Of a stretch of DNA of 24,000 bases, positions 17,479 through 24,000 are shown one piece after another. The position numbers and the translations under genes were made by a program. How positions within the stretch are numbered: the first letter of the stretch is position 1; each line of letters begins with the position of its first letter. Origin of the DNA: Pseudomonas knackmussii B13 (GTDB lineage: Bacteria > Pseudomonadota > Gammaproteobacteria > Pseudomonadales > Pseudomonadaceae); NCBI RefSeq assembly GCF_000689415.1, contig NZ_HG322950.1, positions 1,978,769 to 2,002,768 on the forward strand, given 5' to 3'. The notes beneath the pieces are model-generated. The model saw only the letters and a program-made list of their open reading frames with translations, ran no database searches and was not told where the DNA came from.

Positions 17479-18648
17479 ATGCGTCGCTGCACTCCACTGG
17501 GCATTGTTCTCCTCGGCGTGGCCTTGCTGTCCGCGGGTGCGCAGGCGGGCGCCGGACGCTATCTGTCGTGGATCGACGACAGCGGGCAGGTGCACAACAC
17601 CTTCGTCGACGACGACTTCAATCGCCAACAGCGCCAGGCGGCCAAGCGCATCGACCAAAGCGACCAGGCGCGCCTGCTCGACGACGGCGGCACGCGCTGG
17701 CCGGGGAGCCAGGCGGCGGGGGAGAGCAAGCGGCGTTACTTCACCTGGGTGGACGGCCAGGGCAACCTGCAGAACAGCTTCTACGCGGCCAACCAGGCGC
17801 CTGCCGGTGGCGCCGACTACGTGCTGCCCAATGGCGATCGCTCGTCCGAGTACATCGATGCCGAGGCGTACGAAGACAAGGGCTTCGTTCGCAGCCAGAA
17901 CGGCAATCCGTACTACACCTGGGTCGACGAGCAGGGGCGCATGCACAACTCGCCGATCAGCCCCGAGGAGCGCGCAGCGGGCATTCGCCGCAACGACATC
18001 GCCTTCACCGAAGGTCGGCAGGTCGAGTTCGGCAAGCGTCCGCAGGCATTGCCTGGGCTCGACGGCAGCGGCGAGCAGACCGACGCCATGAAGGCGCTGC
18101 TCAAGGGCAGCGGCAAGACCCTGAACGACCTCTACCAGGACCTGCAGCGGCGCTGCTGCGAGCAGATCGGCGAGGGCGATTTCACCGAACTGAGTGCCGA
18201 TGAGCCGCGCTACGAGGAGCTCAACAAGTTCTCGCCGAGCTTCGATTTCCCGATGGGCAAGAGCTACTACGTGGCCATGAAGCTGCCGGCATCGCAGCAG
18301 GTCTATGGCCTGCGCGTGCGTAGCTTCGCCAACCATCAGGTGGTCTATCCGTCGCTGCTGTTCCTCGACGAACACAAGCGCCCGACCCGCCTGGTCAGCG
18401 ACGCGGTGTACAAGCTCAATCCGGAGACCTGGTACCGCTACGCCTTCATCGAAGGCACGGTGCCGGTGCGCGCCAACGAAGGTGAACGCTACGTACTGCT
18501 GCTGACCACGGACGAGGACCGCAGTCTGCAGACCCTCGACAACAAACCGTACAAGCGGCCGCTGGAAAAACTGGCGGTGAACGATGCCGGCATGAAGGTG
18601 CGCGACCACGGCGACCAGGGCGGTTTCGAGCTGGCGGTGATTCGCTGA
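17479..18648 (+). CDS. Secreted/periplasmic protein with three Yxx W(V/I)D repeats and a C-terminal domain (FilE-like)
   Basis: 389 aa; signal peptide; repeats RYLSWIDDSGQVHNTF, RYFTWVDGQGNLQNSF, YYTWVDEQGRMHNSP; C-terminal YYVAMKLPASQQVYGLRVRSFANHQVVYPSLLFLDEHKRPTR... Starts 10 nt after the upstream stop. Confidence 0.65.
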   Translation: MRRCTPLGIVLLGVALLSAGAQAGAGRYLSWIDDSGQVHNTFVDDDFNRQQRQAAKRIDQSDQARLLDDGGTRWPGSQAAGESKRRYFTWVDGQGNLQNSFYAANQAPAGGADYVLPNGDRSSEYIDAEAYEDKGFVRSQNGNPYYTWVDEQGRMHNSPISPEERAAGIRRNDIAFTEGRQVEFGKRPQALPGLDGSGEQTDAMKALLKGSGKTLNDLYQDLQRRCCEQIGEGDFTELSADEPRYEELNKFSPSFDFPMGKSYYVAMKLPASQQVYGLRVRSFANHQVVYPSLLFLDEHKRPTRLVSDAVYKLNPETWYRYAFIEGTVPVRANEGERYVLLLTTDEDRSLQTLDNKPYKRPLEKLAVNDAGMKVRDHGDQGGFELAVIR

Positions 18649-18665
18649 GGTTGGGCGGGGGAATC

Positions 18666-18751
18666 CCTGTAGGAGCGGACCTTGTCCGCGATTCGCGCGC
18701 ATGGCGCGCTCCTACAGGTTTTTCGCGGATGAGATCCGCTCCTACGGGCGG
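18666..18751. repeat. REP-type palindrome cluster between convergent genes
   Basis: CCTGTAGGAGCG (18666-18677) and exact inverted CGCTCCTACAGG (18707-18718); inner hairpins GCGGAC/GTCCGC (18675-18680/18684-18689) and GCGGAT/ATCCGC (18725-18730/18734-18739), the last followed by another inverted CGCTCCTAC. TGTAGGAGCGG is a typical Pseudomonas REP core. Confidence 0.87.
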
Positions 18752-18761
18752 GGCGGCGCCG

Positions 18762-19748
18762 TCAGATCTCCCGCTGCGGCACGTGCCCGAACAGGCTCTG
18801 GGCGAACTTCACGCGCTGCTCCGGCGTTTCCTCAATACCCTTGGCGCGCAGGCTTTCCAGATGCGCCTCCACTGCCTGAGTTCGGCCGACCAGGCCGCAG
18901 TCGTTGGCGATCTGGATGTTCAGGCCGGGGCGTGCGTTGAGCTCGAGGATCAGCGGGCCCTTGTCCTGGTCCAGCACCATGTCCACGCCGATGTAGCCAA
19001 GGCCGCAGAGCTCGTAGCAGCCCGCGGCGAGCTTCATGAAGCCGTCCCAGAACGGCAGCTGCACGCCGTCCACCGCGTTGGCGGTGTCCGGGTGCTTGGC
19101 GATCTTGCGGTTCAGCCAGGTGCCGCGCAGTGTGCTGCCGGTGGCGAGGTCCACACCCACGCCGATGGCGCCCTGGTGCAAGTTGGCCTTGCCGTTGGAC
19201 TGGCGGGTCGGCAGGCGCAGCATGGCCATCACCGGGTAGCCCATGAGGACGATGATGCGGATGTCCGGCACGCCCTCGTAGCTGATGCTCTTGAAGATCG
19301 GGTCGGGGGTGACGCGGTACTCGATCAGTGCGCGGTCACGGTGCCCGCCGAGGGAGTAGAGGCCGGTGAGGATGCTGGACAGCTGGTACTCGATCTCGTC
19401 GCGGCTGATGATCCGCCCGGAGACCGTCTTGTAGTTGCCCTCGAAGCGGTCGGCGATCACCAGGATGCCATCGCCGCCGGCGCCCTGCGCAGGCTTGATC
19501 ACGAAGTCGTTGCGCTCGCCGATGATGCTGTCGAGCTTCTCGATTTCCTTCTCGGTGGAGATGATCCCGTACATCTCCGGCACCTGGATGCCGGCCTCGA
19601 TGGCGCGCTCCTTGGTGATGATCTTGTCGTCGACGATCGGGTACAGATGGCGCTTGTTGTACTTCAGCACGAAGTCCGCGTTGCGCCGGTTGATCCCCAT
19701 GATGCCCTTGGCTTCCAGGGCTTTCCATCGCTTGATCAGGCCGAACAT
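18762..19748 (-). CDS. Alpha-L-glutamate ligase-like ATP-grasp protein
   Basis: 328 aa; KPAQGAGGDGILVI, GHRDRALIEYRV, DIRIIVLMGYPVMAMLRLPT, NLHQGAIGVGVDLATG, LILELNARPGLNIQIAN are ATP-grasp motifs. Confidence 0.88.
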   Translation of the reverse strand: MFGLIKRWKALEAKGIMGINRRNADFVLKYNKRHLYPIVDDKIITKERAIEAGIQVPEMYGIISTEKEIEKLDSIIGERNDFVIKPAQGAGGDGILVIADRFEGNYKTVSGRIISRDEIEYQLSSILTGLYSLGGHRDRALIEYRVTPDPIFKSISYEGVPDIRIIVLMGYPVMAMLRLPTRQSNGKANLHQGAIGVGVDLATGSTLRGTWLNRKIAKHPDTANAVDGVQLPFWDGFMKLAAGCYELCGLGYIGVDMVLDQDKGPLILELNARPGLNIQIANDCGLVGRTQAVEAHLESLRAKGIEETPEQRVKFAQSLFGHVPQREI

Positions 19749-19751
19749 GGC

Positions 19752-21278
19752 TCAGTCCTTGAGGAAGGCTTTGAAGCGGAACAGCTCGGTCAGGCGGTAG
19801 CCGCGGTAGCGACCCATCGCGAGCATGAAGGCGACCAGGATCAGCAGCACCGCCGGGAAGGTGAAGACGAAGTACACCAGTTCCGGCACGCGCATCAGGA
19901 TGTGCGCCAAGGTGGCCGCCACCAGGGTGCCGAGGGCCGCCTTCATCGCATGCGCGGCGCCGCGCTCCTCCCAGGTGATCGACAGGCGCTCGATGCTCAT
20001 GGTCAGGATCACCATCGGGAACAGCGCCACCGACAGCCCGCTCTCGAAGCCGAGCTTGTGGCTGAGCAGGCTGATGATCGCGATCATCACCACCACGAAC
20101 GTCAGCACCACCGACAGGCGCGGCAGCATCTGCAGCTTCAGGTGCTCGAGGTACGAGCGCAGCGACAGGCCCAGGGCGGTGATCACGGTGAACAGGCCGA
20201 TGCCCCACTGCAGGCCGGTCTCGCGGAAGGCGAGGGCGATCAGCACAGGGGTGAAGGTGCCCAGGGTCTGGATGCCGATCAGGTTGCGCAGCACCAGGAT
20301 CACCAGCACGCCGAAGGGGATCATGATCATGATCTGGAAGGTCTGCTGGGTCGACAGCGGCAGGCCGTACAGCGAGTACTCGAGGAAGGTCGCGTCGGTG
20401 TTGGCGTCGGAGATCTTCGCCAGGCGGATGGCATTCATCTCGCTGCTGTTGATGCTGAAGCTGACCTGGGCCTTCTTGCCACCGTCCACGCTCAGCAGCG
20501 GCTCGTCGCCCAGCCACCAGATCACCCGGTCGTTGGGCAGGCCGCGCTCGCCGGTCTCGGGGTTGAAGTACAGCCAGTCCTTGCCGTTGTAGCTGCGCAG
20601 CCACAGCTCCGGGGTTTGCTGCTGGTTGGCCAGCAGGCGCAGGGTGTGCACCCGCTCCAGCGGCACGTGGGCGATGCCCAGCAGGGTCTCGACGATGTAG
20701 GCGCGCTTCTCCAGGCTGGTGTCGCCGGCCATCAGCAGCTTGACGTTGTCGTCGGCCTGGTTGTTGGCACGCTTGATGGTCTCGCTGACGAAGGTCTCGA
20801 TGTCGGCCGAATGCTGGCGGATCGGAGCGATCAGCGCTTCGGCTGCGATCTTCTCCGGGCCTTCCAGCGGCGGCGTGTCGCGGAAGATCGGGCCTTTCTC
20901 CTTGGGCTTCTCGCCGCTGAAGCGCTTGGTCAGCACCAGGCGGTAGTAGAGGGTCTGCTTGCCGCTGGCGCGGCGCGAAGACCAGGTCACCTTACGGTTG
21001 CCGTCGGAGCGGTTGATGCTCACGCCGTAGTTGTTCGACACGAAGCTCTCGTTGAGGCTCGTGTAGTCCTGGGTCAGTGGCGGGACGAACATCTGCACCT
21101 TCACCGGCGTCTTGGGCGCGGCTTCGAAGCTGACCCGTGCGTCGATGTTCCAGAGGTCCTCGGTTTCCGCTTCGGTCATGGGAATTCCGAGGACGAAGAT
21201 CTGGTACGCGGTGATCGAGATGCCCAGCAGCACCAGGGTCGCGATCAGGATCTTCAGGTGTAGGTTCAGAGAGCGCAT
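19752..21278 (-). CDS. Inactive transglutaminase-like periplasmic domain fused to C-terminal 7TM domain protein
   Basis: 508 aa; N-terminal TM, periplasmic region, then about seven hydrophobic segments (IMIMIPFGVLVILVLRNLIGIQTLGTFTPVLIALAFRET...). 3 nt separate its stop from the ATP-grasp start. Confidence 0.83.
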   Translation of the reverse strand: MRSLNLHLKILIATLVLLGISITAYQIFVLGIPMTEAETEDLWNIDARVSFEAAPKTPVKVQMFVPPLTQDYTSLNESFVSNNYGVSINRSDGNRKVTWSSRRASGKQTLYYRLVLTKRFSGEKPKEKGPIFRDTPPLEGPEKIAAEALIAPIRQHSADIETFVSETIKRANNQADDNVKLLMAGDTSLEKRAYIVETLLGIAHVPLERVHTLRLLANQQQTPELWLRSYNGKDWLYFNPETGERGLPNDRVIWWLGDEPLLSVDGGKKAQVSFSINSSEMNAIRLAKISDANTDATFLEYSLYGLPLSTQQTFQIMIMIPFGVLVILVLRNLIGIQTLGTFTPVLIALAFRETGLQWGIGLFTVITALGLSLRSYLEHLKLQMLPRLSVVLTFVVVMIAIISLLSHKLGFESGLSVALFPMVILTMSIERLSITWEERGAAHAMKAALGTLVAATLAHILMRVPELVYFVFTFPAVLLILVAFMLAMGRYRGYRLTELFRFKAFLKD

Positions 21279-21284
21279 GGGGCG

Positions 21285-21827
21285 TTACTCGGCAGTTTTC
21301 TTCGCAAGGGGACAGCCGGGCTGGCCGGCGGCGTATTTCAGGCTGGGATCGACCAGCGCACCGAAGCGCTTGAGCGCGTCGGAGCCGATCAGCAGCGGGT
21401 ATTGGAAGGCGCTGCGATCGGTCAAGTTCACTTCGATGGTGCGGCGCACCTTGCCCAGGCAGACCTCCAGTTCGATGACCGGGCGTGCGGTGTAGGCCTT
21501 GTCTTCGTCGGGGTCGAAATCGCCGTGGCGGCGCTTGATCTTGCTGATGCGTGCCAGCGGCCGTTCGATCGGCTCGCGGTCGGCGCTGTCGGTGGCCAGG
21601 TAGAAGCGCACCCAGGTTTCGCCATCGCGCTTGAAGCGCTTGATGTCGCGGGCGCTGAGCGATGCGGTCTTGGCGCCGGTGTCGAGCTTGGCGGCGAGCA
21701 CTTCGTCGAGTTCGCCGATGTGCGCGTATTCGTTGAGGCCGTAGACGGTCTTACCCGCGGCCTGGGCGGTGACGCCGAGGGCGGGGAGCAGGAACAGCAG
21801 CAGAAGGGTGGTGAGTCTGAGTTGCAT
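21285..21827 (-). CDS. Retropepsin-like secreted protein (often annotated ATP-dependent zinc protease, RimK-associated)
   Basis: 180 aa; signal peptide; KLDTGAKTASLSA contains the retropepsin DTGA signature (codons 21672-21683, minus); LIGSDALKRFGALVDPSLKY. Confidence 0.85.
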   Translation of the reverse strand: MQLRLTTLLLLFLLPALGVTAQAAGKTVYGLNEYAHIGELDEVLAAKLDTGAKTASLSARDIKRFKRDGETWVRFYLATDSADREPIERPLARISKIKRRHGDFDPDEDKAYTARPVIELEVCLGKVRRTIEVNLTDRSAFQYPLLIGSDALKRFGALVDPSLKYAAGQPGCPLAKKTAE

Positions 21828-22023
21828 AGGTTCTGTGCACTGGGAGACCGCGAGGCCTCTGGTACGGGAGCATCCGGCAAACGCCTGGCCCGCATGTGCG
21901 CGCTGATCGTTCGGCCGCGCCGGGAAGACGCCCAGTGGAGAGCGGGCGGCATTCTAGCATGGGGCGTTTCGGCCGCGACAACCGGGCGCTCCTGCCCTGG
22001 GATCAATGTGCGCCAGATAACGG

Positions 22024-22048
22024 AAAAGCCGGCGTTCGGCCGGCTTTT
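22024..22048 (-). terminator. Terminator-like hairpin downstream of ppsR
   Basis: AAAAGCCGGC-GTTCG-GCCGGCTTTT: perfect 10-bp arms including A/T runs on both sides, so potentially bidirectional. Confidence 0.8.
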
Positions 22049-22074
22049 CGCGCTGTTTCGCTGCAGTCGAGCGG

Positions 22075-22893
22075 CTATTTTAGACGGCGCTCGACACCCT
22101 TCTCGACGAGAATCTTGGCCGAAATCTCTTCCACCGAAAAATGCGTGGAGTTGATGTAGGCGATGTTCTCGCGGCGGAACAGGTTCTCCACCTCGCGCAC
22201 CTCGAACTCGCACTGGGCGAAGCTTGCGTAGCGGCTGTTGGGCTTGCGCTCGTGGCGAATGGCGGTCAGCCGGTCGGGGTCGATGGTCAGGCCGAACAGC
22301 TTGTGCTTGAAGGGCTTGAGCGCATTGGGCAGCTGCAGGCGCTCCATGTCTTCTTCGGTGAGCGGGTAGTTGGCGGCGCGGATGCCGTACTGCATGGCCA
22401 TGTACAGGCAAGTCGGGGTCTTGCCGCAGCGCGACACGCCGACCAGGATCAGGTCGGCCTTGTCGTAGTAGTGGGTGCGCGCGCCGTCGTCGTTGTCCAG
22501 CGCGAAGTTCACGGCCTCGATGCGCTCCATGTAGTTGGTGTGCTGGCCGATGCTGTGCGACTTTCCGACGGAGTACGAGGAGTCCGCGGATAATTCCTGT
22601 TCCAATGGGGACAAAAAGGTCGAGAAGATGTCGATCATGAAGCCATTGGACTGCGCCAGGATGGCGCGGATCTCGCGGTTCACGATGGTGTCGAAGATGA
22701 TCGGGCGGGCCCCGTCCGCCTCGGCAGCAGCGTTGATTTGCTGTACCATGACGCGCGCTTTTTCTTCAGAGTCGATGTAGGGTCGCGTCAGTTTGAGGAA
22801 GTTGATGTTCTCGAACTGCGCAAGGAGACTTTGGCCGAGGGTTTCGGCAGTGATGCCGGTTCCGTCGGAAATGAAGAACGCCGTACGTTTCAT
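22075..22893 (-). CDS. ppsR: Phosphoenolpyruvate synthase regulatory protein (bifunctional PEP synthase kinase/pyrophosphorylase, DUF299)
   Basis: 272 aa from ATG at 22893: [27 protein letters not shown]...[37 protein letters not shown]. The ORF-track extension to 23979 runs antisense through ppsA. Confidence 0.95.
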   Translation of the reverse strand: MKRTAFFISDGTGITAETLGQSLLAQFENINFLKLTRPYIDSEEKARVMVQQINAAAEADGARPIIFDTIVNREIRAILAQSNGFMIDIFSTFLSPLEQELSADSSYSVGKSHSIGQHTNYMERIEAVNFALDNDDGARTHYYDKADLILVGVSRCGKTPTCLYMAMQYGIRAANYPLTEEDMERLQLPNALKPFKHKLFGLTIDPDRLTAIRHERKPNSRYASFAQCEFEVREVENLFRRENIAYINSTHFSVEEISAKILVEKGVERRLK

Positions 22894-23058
22894 TGCGCTA
22901 GTGGCCTTAAGGTAGGAAGGAATCCTAGGTATGATAGGCCGCGCTTTTGCAGGGCCTTTTGCCGGGGGATTGTTACCCATTTTTCCGGCCCAGGCCAGGA
23001 CGCGGCGGAGCCGCGACGGCCGTTTTGAGCTTTTCCAACATTCAGTGGAGAGATCACC

Positions 23059-24000
23059 TTGGTAGAGTACGTAGTTTCCCTCGATAAGCTCGGCGTCCAC
23101 GATGTCGAACATGTGGGGGGCAAGAACGCATCCCTGGGCGAAATGATCAGCAACCTCGCCGGTGCTGGGGTTTCCGTTCCCGGTGGCTTCGCCACCACTG
23201 CTCAGGCCTACCGTGACTTCCTCGAGCAGAGCGGCCTGAACGATCGCATCCATGCCGCCCTGGACGCGCTCGACGTCGACGACGTCAACGCTCTGGCCAA
23301 AACCGGCGCACAGATTCGCCAGTGGGTGATGGACGCCGAATTCCCCGCCCAGCTCGACGCCGAGATCCGCAAGGCCTTCGCCGAGATGGCCGGCAACAAC
23401 GCCAACATGGCCGTTGCCGTGCGCTCTTCCGCCACCGCCGAAGACCTGCCGGACGCCTCTTTCGCCGGCCAGCAGGAAACCTTCCTGAACATCCGTGGCG
23501 TGGACAACGTGATCCGCGCCACCAAGGAAGTCTTCGCCTCCCTGTTCAACGACCGCGCCATCGCCTACCGCGTGCACCAGGGCTTCGACCACAAACTGGT
23601 CGCCCTGTCCGCTGGCGTGCAGCGCATGGTCCGCTCCGAAACCGGTACCGCCGGCGTGATGTTCACCCTGGACACCGAGTCCGGCTTCCGTGACGTGGTC
23701 TTCATCACCGGCGCCTACGGCCTCGGCGAAACCGTCGTGCAGGGCGCTGTGAACCCTGACGAGTTCTACGTCCACAAGCCGACCCTGGAAGCCGGCCGCC
23801 CGGCGATCCTGCGCCGCAACCTGGGCAGCAAGGCGATCAAGATGGTCTACGGCGACGAAGCCAAGGCCGGCAAATCGGTCAAGGTCGTCGATGTGGACAA
23901 GGCCGACCGCGCGCGCTTCGCCCTGACCGATGCCGAGGTGACCGAGCTGGCCAAGCAGGCGTTGATCATCGAGAAGCACTACCAGCGCCCGATGGACATC
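23059..24000 (+). CDS. ppsA: Phosphoenolpyruvate synthase, 3' truncated by the window edge
   Basis: TTG start at 23059 after TGGAGAG; [60 protein letters not shown]..., FQHRVQ-region and GAYGLGE motif; frame open to base 24000. Confidence 0.96.
   Translation, partial: MVEYVVSLDKLGVHDVEHVGGKNASLGEMISNLAGAGVSVPGGFATTAQAYRDFLEQSGLNDRIHAALDALDVDDVNALAKTGAQIRQWVMDAEFPAQLDAEIRKAFAEMAGNNANMAVAVRSSATAEDLPDASFAGQQETFLNIRGVDNVIRATKEVFASLFNDRAIAYRVHQGFDHKLVALSAGVQRMVRSETGTAGVMFTLDTESGFRDVVFITGAYGLGETVVQGAVNPDEFYVHKPTLEAGRPAILRRNLGSKAIKMVYGDEAKAGKSVKVVDVDKADRARFALTDAEVTELAKQALIIEKHYQRPMDI

Noticed and set aside
15738-17504. 588-aa minus-strand open frame opposite the FadL-like gene
   Set aside because: Shadow ORF; no RBS or recognisable motif, while the sense frame has a signal peptide and FadL signature.
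17335-18702. 455-aa minus-strand open frame opposite the repeat-protein gene
   Set aside because: Shadow ORF without motif support; begins in REP sequence.
18651-21263. 870-aa plus-strand open frame across the ATP-grasp and 7TM genes
   Set aside because: Antisense to two well-supported genes, starts in the REP region, and the sequence is His/Gln/Asp/Val low-complexity mirror translation.
22894-23979. N-terminal extension of the ppsR ORF to 634 aa
   Set aside because: The extension is antisense to ppsA. The canonical PpsR start [13 protein letters not shown] is at 22893.

Overview
The window is a chromosomal segment from a GC-rich Pseudomonas-like genome. Gene order (from memory, no search run) closely follows the P. 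aeruginosa region from cysB through ppsA. Left part: ketopantoate-reductase-like gene (5' truncated), 5'-nucleotidase-family gene, universal stress protein, cysB, PAP2 phosphatase, thioredoxin-like CGKC protein, cysH, thrH, pabB. Middle part, the most interesting: two tandem ~900-aa MalT-type (STAND NTPase + LuxR HTH) regulators, followed on the same strand by a five-gene set: a small secreted Thr/Val-rich DUF6160/FilA-like protein, a C39-type cysteine peptidase with no ABC transporter domains, a predicted outer-membrane beta-barrel with a helical N-terminus, an OmpP1/FadL-type barrel, and a secreted protein with three Y-x-x-W-(V/I)-D repeats. This looks like the putative 'fil' pilus system annotated in Acinetobacter and has component-level parallels to the Fap functional-amyloid export system (C39 FapD + barrel FapF). 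The secreted-substrate gene has a 228-nt leader containing a 12-bp perfect palindrome and a hairpin with an AGGA loop, and it is separated from the downstream genes by a 9-bp-stem GC-rich hairpin. Right part: a REP-type palindrome cluster, then a minus-strand set encoding an ATP-grasp ligase-like protein, an inactive-transglutaminase/7TM protein and a secreted retropepsin-like (DTGA) protein, then ppsR and divergent ppsA (3' truncated). No rRNA, tRNA, CRISPR array or transposase was identified.
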